Shown here in pieces: positions 9,400 to 18,567 of a stretch of 64,000 nucleotides of DNA. The stretch's first letter is position 1; each line of letters begins with the position of its first letter. The DNA lies in assembly GCA_041690135.1 (NCBI GenBank), contig JAWLHY010000003.1, positions 96,001-160,000 of the forward strand, written 5' to 3'. A program made the position numbers and the translations under genes. The notes under the pieces were generated by a model, which ran no database searches, was not told where the DNA came from, and saw only the letters and a list, made by a program, of their open reading frames with translations. The stretch is from Armatimonadota bacterium. GTDB lineage: Bacteria > Armatimonadota > SYMT01.

Positions 9400-11736
9400 T
9401 CAGCCGCCGGTGGGAGCCGAGGCCGCCGACGTGCCCTCCTGGAGGGGCTTCGGATCGCCACTCAACTGGAACGCGGCCCAGAAGTACGGCTGAGGCTGTC
9501 CCTGCTTCACCGCAAGCATTGCCTCGCGGAGAGCATCGTCTTTTCGCCGGCCGGACTTCAAGCCCTGGTAAAAGTGGACCATCAGCTTGCCGGTGGCCGC
9601 GTCGTCCACACTCCAGAGGCTGGCAACGATACTGGGGCAGCCCGCCGCGCGGAACGCCCAGGTGAGGCCCAGGAGCCCCTCGCCGCCGCTCCGCTCGCCC
9701 TGGCCGGTGTCGCAAGCCGAGAGCACCGCCATCTGGGCGGCGAGGCGGATGTTGATCAACTCGCGCGCCTCCAGGAGCTGCGCTTCATCCCGTCCTCCCT
9801 CCGTGGCGAGGAGCAGCCCGGACCGCAGGCCATCCTCCGCATCGAACAGCCCGTGCGTGGCAAAGTGCAGGATCCCGTGGCGCGTCAACTCCGGCAGCAC
9901 CTGCCTGCGGGTCGCCGTTTCCCCCACGAACAGCCGGGCACCGGGGAAAAGTTCGGCCACCGCCTTCCCCTCCGCGCGGGCAGCGGGGAGCGGCGCATTG
10001 CCCGGCGAGCGTGGGTCGGCAGCCACCAGCAGCGGGCCCGAGGCCTTCTCCCGGTCGTCCGGCCAGGTGAGTACGCCAAAGGAGCCGGCGGTCGCCACGG
10101 GTAGCCGCTCGATCAGGCGCTTTCCGTCCGCCGCCATCAACGCGGCCACGGGCGCCGCCAGCAGCGGACCATCGCCCACCAGGACCAGGCGCTGGAACTT
10201 GCCGGGCGCCAGAAGCCCCGCTTTCTCGACGTCGGTAAACAGGGTGCCGTACAGCGCCCGCGCCAGGGCCGGCTCTGCCCGGATGTCCCGTTCCTCGATC
10301 GCCTTGCGCCAGGCGTCGACCTGCTTCTGGACCACGGCCTCACCACCATTGAGGACGAAGCTTTTCACCCCTTCCTTCTGCGAGAGCGTGAACAACAGGG
10401 AGGTCGCTTCAGCGCCCACGGCCCATTGCAGGTAAAGAGTGTCGGGGTTACCCGCAGCCAGCGCCTTCAAGTCGGCGATCGTCGGCGGTGCGGCGCCGCT
10501 CATCCGCCGGTAGGCAGGGTAGCGCGCCCCCAACTCTGCCCGCAGGGCTGCCAACTGGCGCTCCGAATCGTCATAGCGACGGCGGGCGCTGAGGATCTGC
10601 TGCGTGGCGGGCGAACTGCCGGCGCCGTCCGCCAGGAACTCCAGGCCCTCTGTTTTCCGCATTTCGGCGCCCGCGGCACTAAACGCGGTGAGCGCCGCCT
10701 GGAGGCGGCGGCCGTCCGCCGGCCCCAGCACCCGGCTGTAGTCCGCGCGGGTCTGGGCCGCCTGGCGCGCCAGCCCCTGGCTTCGCCCCCGCTCCAGCAC
10801 CGTGAGCGCCTCCTCGGGCTTGCCCTGGTCGATGAGCGTGTGCGCGTACCTACGGTACAGGGAAGAACGGAACCAGTCCTGGTAGTCGCCCACCCGGCTG
10901 GCGTCCCGAATCTCCCGGCTGACCACTTCGTGATGTAATATTGCCTCGGCGAATGCGGAGGCCGCCGGCGCCAGTTTGCGCTGATCGTAATAGATCAGGG
11001 CCAGGTTGGTCAGGCTGGTCGCCAGCTCGTCGCGGGTGGCGAACCGGCGCTTCAGCTCCACCGCCTGCGCGAGGTAGCGGGTGGCCAGGTCATAGTCGCC
11101 CTTGCCCTTCCCCGTGGCCCCCAGGTTATTGAGTACCCGCGCGATGCCTCGCAACTCCCCCGTGGGCTGGATCACCGCGAGGGCTCGCGTCTGGTACTGC
11201 AGCGCCTGGTCGAACTTTCGCATCCGGGCATACGCCTGCCCGAGCCCGTCCAAAGAGGCACTCAGGGCTTTCCGGTCCCCGCGGGCCTGGTCGATCTCCA
11301 CGCACTGGGTCAGGTAGCGGATCGCCAGTTGCGCCTGCCCCGAATCGGTGGCAATCGCGGCGAGACTACCCAGCAGGCGCGAGATCCCGGCCGCATCCGC
11401 CGGATCGGTCAGCGAGAGCGCCCGGTCGTAATACTCCAGCGCCTTCCGGTCCTGTCCCAGCACCCGGTAGACCAGGCCGATGTTGCTGAGGCTGGCCGAA
11501 GTCCCTCGCCGGTCACCCAAGCGCTGGAAGAGGTCTAGCGAGCGCTGGAACAGGCTGAGTGCCCGGTCGTACTGACCCGCCTCGAAGGCCTTGCCTCCCT
11601 GGTTGTGAAGCGCCGCGGCGGCGGCCCGGGGGTCTTCCTGCGCTCGCAGGGGAAGCACGCCCAACGTGAGACAGACCAGCAGGGCTAGAAGAGTGGGAAC
11701 AACCGTGCGGGAGAGATAGGGAACAGGTGCGCGCAT
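9400..11736 (-). CDS. TPR-repeat CHAT-domain (caspase-like) protease with signal peptide
   Basis: Hydrophobic leader ending LPLRA; TPRs; catalytic LHFATHG and VLSACDTG; SLWSVDD; PYFWAAF. Confidence 0.92.
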   Translation of the reverse strand: MRAPVPYLSRTVVPTLLALLVCLTLGVLPLRAQEDPRAAAAALHNQGGKAFEAGQYDRALSLFQRSLDLFQRLGDRRGTSASLSNIGLVYRVLGQDRKALEYYDRALSLTDPADAAGISRLLGSLAAIATDSGQAQLAIRYLTQCVEIDQARGDRKALSASLDGLGQAYARMRKFDQALQYQTRALAVIQPTGELRGIARVLNNLGATGKGKGDYDLATRYLAQAVELKRRFATRDELATSLTNLALIYYDQRKLAPAASAFAEAILHHEVVSREIRDASRVGDYQDWFRSSLYRRYAHTLIDQGKPEEALTVLERGRSQGLARQAAQTRADYSRVLGPADGRRLQAALTAFSAAGAEMRKTEGLEFLADGAGSSPATQQILSARRRYDDSERQLAALRAELGARYPAYRRMSGAAPPTIADLKALAAGNPDTLYLQWAVGAEATSLLFTLSQKEGVKSFVLNGGEAVVQKQVDAWRKAIEERDIRAEPALARALYGTLFTDVEKAGLLAPGKFQRLVLVGDGPLLAAPVAALMAADGKRLIERLPVATAGSFGVLTWPDDREKASGPLLVAADPRSPGNAPLPAARAEGKAVAELFPGARLFVGETATRRQVLPELTRHGILHFATHGLFDAEDGLRSGLLLATEGGRDEAQLLEARELINIRLAAQMAVLSACDTGQGERSGGEGLLGLTWAFRAAGCPSIVASLWSVDDAATGKLMVHFYQGLKSGRRKDDALREAMLAVKQGQPQPYFWAAFQLSGDPKPLQEGTSAASAPTGG

Positions 11737-11801
11737 CGGGCCCTCCCAGTATGCATTGGGGGTTACCTTACTGCGGCTGGGACACCCTGCGGCGAACGCT
11801 T

Positions 11802-11819
11802 GTTACAGACGGATTACAG
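11802..11819 (-). promoter_or_regulatory. Pho/OmpR-type tandem box CTGTAAT-CCGT-CTGTAAC
   Basis: 11-bp periodic direct repeat about 65-85 bp upstream of the CHAT gene start. Confidence 0.4.
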
Positions 11820-11997
11820 GCATGCGGAATGAGGAAACGGGGTGTTCCATGAGGTCACTTCGGTCTGACTCCGTTTCACCCGGGTTAGCCGAAAGGGGAC
11901 ACGGATCTCGTGCTGTTTCAGTCCGCGGTTTTCACCACCTGGGGTACAACCGTTCCCCCTCAACCCGAGTGCGGCCCAGAAGCACCGACCGGAGGGC

Positions 11998-12507
11998 CTA
12001 GGGTTCCGGCAGCCCCTTCTCCCCCACGGGCTTCTCCACGGGCCAGCGGGGCCTTTCGAACTTCGGGGCGTCTCCCGAAAAGACGCAGATCAGCACATCC
12101 CGGGACAGTACGCGCAGGTAGGCCGGGTCCGGTTTCTCACCGCCGGACATCACCAGTACCGGGCCCTGCAGCCCCACCAGTTTCCGGGCCTCCCCCAGCG
12201 TGAGGGGCTTCCCTCCTCCGGTCATCAGCAGGACGTCTTTCAGGCTCACGGGAACCTGGATTCGGTAGGAGGAGCCGCTCGGCTTACCCTGCGGTGTGGC
12301 GGGCAGGCGGGTCACGTTCCGGTAACTCTGAACCAGAAGCTCGCCCGCCTCGTTGATTCCGGACACCATGAGGAAGTTGGGAGGGGTTCGGACGGCCTCC
12401 GCGGACCCGGCTGGACAGTGGGAGGCGACGGTTAACGCGCAGGCAACCAGAACCGTCGGCAACCCGAACAGGGAACGGCGACGCAGAAAACTGGGGGATT
12501 TCATCAT
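11998..12507 (-). CDS. Hypothetical exported protein
   Basis: GGAGG RBS; signal-like leader; C-terminal PVLVMSGGEKPDPAYLRVL. Confidence 0.65.
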   Translation of the reverse strand: MMKSPSFLRRRSLFGLPTVLVACALTVASHCPAGSAEAVRTPPNFLMVSGINEAGELLVQSYRNVTRLPATPQGKPSGSSYRIQVPVSLKDVLLMTGGGKPLTLGEARKLVGLQGPVLVMSGGEKPDPAYLRVLSRDVLICVFSGDAPKFERPRWPVEKPVGEKGLPEP

Positions 12508-12622
12508 ACGAACCTCCCGCGGTGCTTGGCCCACTTTGGTTAGGACGCACCTCTCCAGACCACGGTTGCATCCGGACGGCTAAGTATTTTCAAGCCAAGC
12601 ATCCTGGTCACTGGACCATCGG

Positions 12623-12671
12623 AGTCCGCGACGGCGGACTTCGGTCAGTCAGCCACGGATTTGAATCCGGG
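12623..12671. repeat. REP-like palindromic element
   Basis: AGTCCGC-GACG-GCGGACT hairpin followed by AGCCACGGATTTGAATCCG; same layout as the element at 60860-60908. Confidence 0.55.
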
Positions 12672-12708
12672 GGTGCCGGTCACGGGCACCCGGCGTGCGC
12701 TCAATTAA

Positions 12709-13050
12709 TCAACTCACGTGCCCGTCCGCGTGGAGAGCGATGGCTCGCGTCAGAAGTGCGAGGCGCTCTGCTTCCAGGTGAAACAGCCGCCCGTTGAGGA
12801 GCCCGGCAAAGGCGGCGGCTCTCCGTCCATGGTCCGGGTCGGCGCCTTCATCCCATCGGTGGGTATCGTGGAGGATGGCAAAGAGGCGCACGACTTCCAT
12901 ATCGGCGCCGGTTCGCCCGGCAATCCAGATCCCGGCCTTCTCCACACGCCGCCAGTGGGCCGGCCCATGAACGGACTGCCCCCCCGGTGTGAAAGTCTCG
13001 CGGGCGTAGGTCCACACCTGACTGAAATCGATGTCGTTGGGTAGGCTCAA
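12709..13050 (-). pseudogene. HD-domain phosphohydrolase, apparently C-terminally truncated
   Basis: HGPAHWRRV, LFAILHD and DHG motifs present; ORF stops at HADGHVS before the expected DADRLD motif. Confidence 0.55.
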
Positions 13051-13055
13051 GCCGG

Positions 13056-13631
13056 TTACGCTTTCCCACGAGGCTCGACGGGTGACTTCTGGGTTCGGAT
13101 GATCCCCAGCGCTCTCTCCAGGGAAAGGGCTCTCCCACCCCTCTTGCCAGGAACGACCGGCACCTCCCCCGGCGCCTCAACGTCGAAGGGCAGTACCACG
13201 TGGGTCCGCCCCTGGACAGTTCGCAACGGCATGCGCCCCCGTCCGGAATGGGCCAGGGTGTATAGCGGTTTCACCGGCACCCGCGCGCCCGGCTGGCGAT
13301 AACCTTTGCGGGAGAACCGGTCGGTTTCGGCCCGGTTGAGGAACAGCAGCACGGTTTCTCCGCGGACCGCGGTGCTCATGTCGCAGGACCAGGTAGGCCC
13401 AGCCACGAAGTGGAGGGGACCCTGGCCCAGGTTCCCCTTGAGGACCCGCGTGGGCACGGCCCGCGCCACCGGCAGCCCGTCGAAAGAGGGAACCCCCTCC
13501 ACCCGCGCGATGACGATGGCATCGGCATTCCGTGCCAGGTCTACCAGCGTGGTGCGGGCCACCCTTGCCTGGGCCGGCACTGCCAGCACCGAAGCCATCA
13601 GCAGGGCTACCTTGACATACTCGAATGTCAT
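13056..13631 (-). CDS. Hypothetical secreted protein
   Basis: Signal peptide ending VPAQA; LVDLARNADAIVIARV...GETVLLFL pattern. Confidence 0.7.
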   Translation of the reverse strand: MTFEYVKVALLMASVLAVPAQARVARTTLVDLARNADAIVIARVEGVPSFDGLPVARAVPTRVLKGNLGQGPLHFVAGPTWSCDMSTAVRGETVLLFLNRAETDRFSRKGYRQPGARVPVKPLYTLAHSGRGRMPLRTVQGRTHVVLPFDVEAPGEVPVVPGKRGGRALSLERALGIIRTQKSPVEPRGKA

Positions 13632-13704
13632 ATGACGCTCTCCGCCTGAGGACCTACCAACGGACCGCTGCACTCAGGTTAGCCGAAGCAGGCGGGCGCC
13701 CGCT

Positions 13705-13758
13705 ACCCACGGAGTGGGTGTGGGCAGTCGCCGTGTGTAGGCGTGAGTTTACTCGCCC
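13705..13758. repeat. REP-like dispersed repeat
   Basis: Hairpin ACCCAC-GGA-GTGGGT. 13730-13758 matches the reverse complement of 60860-60888 at 26/29 nt. Confidence 0.65.
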
Positions 13759-13786
13759 AACTGCAACAGTAGTTTCCTGGTAGTCC

Positions 13787-14653
13787 CTAAAACCCGTAGA
13801 ACGGATGCTGCCACCAGCCGGTGGGCATCCAGATTTCCCGGTCGTAATGATGGACGAGACCGCCGCGCCGCAGGTTGCGCTCGCTGGCGGAGTCGATCGC
13901 CACCAGGGCCATGGCCAGGGTGCAGCCGGCCTCGCGCCCCTCGGCCAGGCGCCGGGCGATCAGGGCCGTCTGGCAGCCGCGGCCCCGGAACGGTTCCAGG
14001 GTGGCGGCATGGCAGAGATACGCCACGCCCTGGTCCAGGAATAGCTCGGCCCAGGCCGCGGGCTCGCCCTCGATCCGCAGGAGGTAGCCCCGGTAACGCG
14101 AATCCCGCAGCCGTCGCCGGGCAGCTTGCGCGCGGAGATCGCGCAATTCCGGGTCGCCGGGCCAGATCCGGTCCGCCAGGTCGGCCAGGAGCCCGCCCTC
14201 CTCCGGGGCCAGCCGGACGATCTCACCGGGGGCGCCGGCAAGGCTGGGCAGGCTCTCGGGTATGGGACCCCACAACACCCGGCGAGAGAGGAACGGCAGC
14301 GTCTGCGGCTCCAGCCCCCGCTCCACAAGGGCTGGAGCGAGGGGAGCGGCGTGTGCGGGCGGGCTCACGTCGATCCGGGCCGGAACGTCCCGCTCCGCAT
14401 ACCACGCCAGCACCGCATCCACCGCATCCAGCGGCGGGTCGCCGGGGTCCGTTTCGCGGAAGCCGAAAGAGCGGTTGTGGAGCGAGGTCTTCGAGGTGCG
14501 CTGAAGGATTGCCAGGACACTCCCGAACCGGGTCCACTCGGCACCGGCCGGGTTGTCGGCGGTGGTGAGGGCCTGGAGGGAAACCTCGGCATGCGCGGCT
14601 TCGACCCGATCGAGAAGATACGCTGTCCTTGGCGAAGTCATGGATGATGTCAC
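13787..14653 (-). CDS. GNAT-family N-acetyltransferase
   Basis: AATLEPFRGRGCQTALI motif A and SERNLRRGG. GTG start overlaps the upstream TGA; alternative ATG 14641. Confidence 0.85.
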   Translation of the reverse strand: MTSSMTSPRTAYLLDRVEAAHAEVSLQALTTADNPAGAEWTRFGSVLAILQRTSKTSLHNRSFGFRETDPGDPPLDAVDAVLAWYAERDVPARIDVSPPAHAAPLAPALVERGLEPQTLPFLSRRVLWGPIPESLPSLAGAPGEIVRLAPEEGGLLADLADRIWPGDPELRDLRAQAARRRLRDSRYRGYLLRIEGEPAAWAELFLDQGVAYLCHAATLEPFRGRGCQTALIARRLAEGREAGCTLAMALVAIDSASERNLRRGGLVHHYDREIWMPTGWWQHPFYGF

Positions 14654-15612
14654 TCGCTCTGGCCGCTCTTTGTGAACCGCTGGCTGATGTCGCGCCAGGC
14701 AAACTCGGCGGGGCGTGGCGAGCCTTCTGCAAAGGCAGTCAGAATCTCCTTCACATGGCCCGCACTGAGGCGCTCGTTCTTCCGCACGGTCACCCTGTAT
14801 CCGTTGGTCGGTATGGCAACCATTCCGAAACCACGCACCCCCGGAAGTCCGGCCACCCAGTGGCGGAAGTTCTCGCCGGTGTACTCGCGCCACTCTGCGG
14901 TATACACGCCGTCTCCGCCCGCTACCTGGGCGTAGTCTTCTCCCCGCCCCTCAAGCACCAGGAAGCTGGGGCCGCCCCGCGGCGTCATCCGATCCACCGC
15001 GGTCCGGATGGACTCCAGCCCGGGAGCCTCCCGGTCGGGCTCGTCTTCGACCGTGAGCTTGAGCCCCAACATCCCTTCGCGCGGGCCGCGTTCGTCCAGC
15101 ACTTCGAAGGGCCTGGTCTCCGCGCCGGCAATATCCTGATCGTATCGGAACCCGGTGATGGCCCGGAAAGCCTCCACCGGCGCATCGAAGAAGATTGCGG
15201 TCGCCGGATCCAGGCTTTGTTCCTCGTGCAGGCGTTCGAGAAGCGATGTCACCTCCCGTGGCAATTCTCCCCGGGTGTGTAGAGAACCCCCATCCGTCGC
15301 CGAATCGAAACGGAGCGCCCAGCCCTCTCGCCCCCCACTCCACGCGGACATGGCGGAAGACGCTTCCCGTTCGTTCACCTCGCAGGCAACCACCTCCCCG
15401 GCGTTGGAAAGGCGTTCCAACGCGGGCTCGCGGATGAACCGGTGTCCTGCCTGGTTACAGAAGAGGAGTAGCCAATCGCCGGGCAGCCGGGCCGCGAGAA
15501 GCGGTGCCTCGGGCACCTCCTCGCGCTTGCCGGTGGGAGTCACGCCCAATTCTGAAAAGACCACCTCCGGCATCTTCCCGCGAACCGCGAGGTAGGAGAC
15601 TACGTAGCCCAT
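14650..15612 (-). CDS. Two-domain hypothetical protein
   Basis: ATG 15612 after a GAGAGG RBS, 14 bp after the M14 stop. MGYVVSYLAVRG domain plus a second domain ending FAWRDIS. Confidence 0.7.
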   Translation of the reverse strand: MGYVVSYLAVRGKMPEVVFSELGVTPTGKREEVPEAPLLAARLPGDWLLLFCNQAGHRFIREPALERLSNAGEVVACEVNEREASSAMSAWSGGREGWALRFDSATDGGSLHTRGELPREVTSLLERLHEEQSLDPATAIFFDAPVEAFRAITGFRYDQDIAGAETRPFEVLDERGPREGMLGLKLTVEDEPDREAPGLESIRTAVDRMTPRGGPSFLVLEGRGEDYAQVAGGDGVYTAEWREYTGENFRHWVAGLPGVRGFGMVAIPTNGYRVTVRKNERLSAGHVKEILTAFAEGSPRPAEFAWRDISQRFTKSGQSE

Positions 15613-15626
15613 ATGGGTGCCCTCTC

Positions 15627-18365
15627 TCAGTCCGAGGCTAACAGTCCGTTGAACAAGAGCTTGAACGTGCCGTGCGGCTGGGCGCGGAAGGTGATCTCCG
15701 GACCGAACAGGTAGAGGCGGCCCTTCCCCACCGGCGCTTCCACCACGCTGGCGGCGTCTTCCAGGTAGTGCTGCCCCCAGGCCCAGCCGCTGCGGAGGGG
15801 TGTTTTGCCCTCGTACCAGCCCACGCGGCGGACTCCTCGTGCGGCGGCGTCCGGGCCGAGGCGGAAGGCGGGGCTCTCGTCGAACATTACGTCCACCTGC
15901 TTCGGCATGCCGTAGGCGATGGGGCGCGTGGGGTCGATCCGGCTGCGGAGGAGAGAGCCGGGGATGTAGTACTTCTCCTTCGGCAGCTTTTTGGAGGGGT
16001 TCTCCGGGTCGACGAGCGCGTCCGTGACCGGGAGGCCGAGGTGGTAGGCGAGTTGCGTGGAGCTGCCCACCGTAAGGACCGTCCCGCCATCCTCCAGGAA
16101 CTTCCGGAGCTGCGGCACGGTATCGGCTACGGTAACGGAACCGAGCCAGGAGTGGTACTCGGCCGGAATGGAGGCGAGGTTCGGCCCGGTGTTGCGGCCG
16201 GAGTCGCGAACGGGAATGGCGCCGGTCATGAAGATGATGGCGTCGTACTTCCGGCGGAGGTCCCCCGCGTCCAGCGCCTGGGGATAGACCACCTCGAAGG
16301 GGAACTCGAACTGCTCCAGCAGCCACCGGCACCAGCCCGAGGGCATCGAGCCGCCGTAGCGGTCCCACAGGGCGATCCGCGGGACGCGCAGCTTCACGGC
16401 ACCTTCGGGTCGGGCAGCGACCGCCTGGAAGCTGACGCCGAGATCCCGTGCCAGCTTCTCGATCCGTTCTTCCACCCCCGCCCCGCCGGGAATATAGAAG
16501 TCCCCCGCCTGCGCCCCACTGGAACCGGCCGTCGCCAGGGTGTAGACCTCCTGCCCCTGCTTCTGGAGACGGTTCACGGCCCGGAACGAGTCGTTGGCCT
16601 TCCGGCTCAAGAGGTACCCCGCGAGGCGGGAGGCGGCCTTTTCGATCCGCCCCGCCACGGACGCGGGACCTTCGAGCCGCTCGAACGGGCCGTCGAACCC
16701 GTCGAGGATGCGGTCGAACCGCACGCCCATCTGGAAGGCGAGCGTCCAGCCGGCGCTATCATAAGGGGCGATGGGCGGGCCGCCGGGATACTGGAAGTCG
16801 TTCGGGTGGTCCTGCGGCTCGAACATGTCGAGCACGTGCGGCCGGAACGCCTGCGCGGTCTTCACCACCAGCGAGCCGGCCGGGTAGCTCTTCCCCGCCA
16901 CGGTGAAGTCACGGGTCGCCCGGTGGACGATGACCCCCGTCTCCATCAGCGTGTTGGCGAACTTCACGGCAGTGAGGAAGTCCGGCTGGTCGGCGGGCAG
17001 GATGTAGCCGCGGGCATCGCGCGCGGCGGGATCGCGCAGGGGATCGCCGCCGGAATCGCCGCCGTTCCGCTTCGCCTCCGCCCGGCGGGCCGCCTCGACC
17101 TGGCTCGGGGTGATGGTCCAATGGTCCCGGCTGCCGCGCTCGATGCTGTTCCGGCCCATCCGGTAGATGTTGTGGAGGAAGGTCTCGCGGTACCGGGATG
17201 CCACGTCCAGCACGGCGTAGTTGGCGGTTACGGAGTAGTCCACCGACTGCCGGAACCGCCACTCCTGCGGCGCGATGGGGAACGGCTGATCGCCGTTCGG
17301 GAGGCGCCGGCTGAGGACCGAGGGGATCCGCATGGGGTTTGGGTGGCCGATGGTCTCGGTCAACAGCCCGATCATGTTGTGAAAGTAGGTGGTGGTCCGC
17401 AGGCCGCCGTTCCACCAGGTGGAGTAGTTGGCGCCCTTCCGCATGGTAACTCCCGGCTTGTTCTCCGCGGCGAAGCGGCTGTGCATCGCCGCCCCGACCA
17501 GGTCGATGCCGGTCACCACCAGCGGGTCGTAGAAGTAGTTGAACGGGTCCCGGAACGGCGGCGCGAACATCACTGTGCCGGCGGGACCGGTCTGGTGATG
17601 GTTGTAAACGATCTGCGGGAGCCACTCGTGATACATCACCCGGTTCATGTTCCGGGTCTCGGCCTGGGTGCTGGCGTAGAAGTCGCGGTTGTTGTCGTGG
17701 CCGATGTACTTCTGGTAGAGGCGCGGCACGTTCGCGGTGGAGCGCTTCGTGAGGTCCGGGGTGCGGGTGTACCAGTCCGAAAGGAGGTCGTGCCCGTCCG
17801 GATTGGCGTGGACCGCCAGCACGATCACGTCGTTCAGGATGCGCAGGGTTTCCGGGTCCCGCCGGCTCACCAACTGGTAAACCGTCTCCATGAGCTGCTG
17901 CGCGCCCAGTACCTCGCTGGCGTGGAGGCCGCCGTCGATCCAGACCACCGCCTTTCCCTCTCGCGCCAGCTTTCGGGCTTCTTCTTCCCCCAGGTCCTCG
18001 GCGCGGGCCAGGCGCCGGGCGATGTTCCGGTACTGCTCCAGCCGCTGCAGGTTCTTCGGCGCGCTCACGATCGCCATCCACTGGCGGCGACCTTCCGCCG
18101 TAGTCCCGATATCCACCACCTTCATCCGGTCCGACTCGCGGTCCAGCTTCTGCCAGTACTCCGTGAGCTGGTGGTAATTTGGCAACTGGTAGTCCGCCCC
18201 GATCGCGTGCCCGAAGAACTGGACCGGGGTGGTGACCTTTTCGGAGGCCGCGGCGGAATGTCCCGCTCGGGGCGCGGCCACCGCGCCGGCGGCGAGGGCC
18301 AGGGCCAGCCCCCAGGTGGTGAGGCTGCGGCCGGGGATGTGGGGGGAAGGATGAGAGGGGCGCAT
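15627..18365 (-). CDS. M14-family zinc carboxypeptidase, secreted
   Basis: GGLHASE (HxxE), NPDG, HDNNRD, YNHHQ; signal peptide; C-terminal GATase-like domain; AGGAG RBS. Confidence 0.9.
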   Translation of the reverse strand: MRPSHPSPHIPGRSLTTWGLALALAAGAVAAPRAGHSAAASEKVTTPVQFFGHAIGADYQLPNYHQLTEYWQKLDRESDRMKVVDIGTTAEGRRQWMAIVSAPKNLQRLEQYRNIARRLARAEDLGEEEARKLAREGKAVVWIDGGLHASEVLGAQQLMETVYQLVSRRDPETLRILNDVIVLAVHANPDGHDLLSDWYTRTPDLTKRSTANVPRLYQKYIGHDNNRDFYASTQAETRNMNRVMYHEWLPQIVYNHHQTGPAGTVMFAPPFRDPFNYFYDPLVVTGIDLVGAAMHSRFAAENKPGVTMRKGANYSTWWNGGLRTTTYFHNMIGLLTETIGHPNPMRIPSVLSRRLPNGDQPFPIAPQEWRFRQSVDYSVTANYAVLDVASRYRETFLHNIYRMGRNSIERGSRDHWTITPSQVEAARRAEAKRNGGDSGGDPLRDPAARDARGYILPADQPDFLTAVKFANTLMETGVIVHRATRDFTVAGKSYPAGSLVVKTAQAFRPHVLDMFEPQDHPNDFQYPGGPPIAPYDSAGWTLAFQMGVRFDRILDGFDGPFERLEGPASVAGRIEKAASRLAGYLLSRKANDSFRAVNRLQKQGQEVYTLATAGSSGAQAGDFYIPGGAGVEERIEKLARDLGVSFQAVAARPEGAVKLRVPRIALWDRYGGSMPSGWCRWLLEQFEFPFEVVYPQALDAGDLRRKYDAIIFMTGAIPVRDSGRNTGPNLASIPAEYHSWLGSVTVADTVPQLRKFLEDGGTVLTVGSSTQLAYHLGLPVTDALVDPENPSKKLPKEKYYIPGSLLRSRIDPTRPIAYGMPKQVDVMFDESPAFRLGPDAAARGVRRVGWYEGKTPLRSGWAWGQHYLEDAASVVEAPVGKGRLYLFGPEITFRAQPHGTFKLLFNGLLASD

Positions 18366-18422
18366 GGAAACTCCTGGAATAGCGGGGTGACAGGTGTCTG
18401 TTCTTCCTCCCGACCCGGAAAT

Positions 18423-18492
18423 CCCTGCCCGTGCCTGCGGCTGATTAGGGTAAGGATTACGATTAGGGTAGGGCTGGGACAGGGCACGGGGG
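18423..18492. repeat. Degenerate 6-mer tandem repeat (GATTAG/GGTAAG/GATTAC) within short inverted arms
   Basis: GATTAG GGTAAG GATTAC GATTAG GGTAGG, flanked by CCCGTGCCTG and CAGGGCACGGG. Confidence 0.6.
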
Positions 18493-18567
18493 TGTGGGGC
18501 GAAAGCAGGGGATTGCCGGCCCGAAGAACAACGAGGAAGGGGAGAATTTTCCGAGCGAGGAGAAGGG

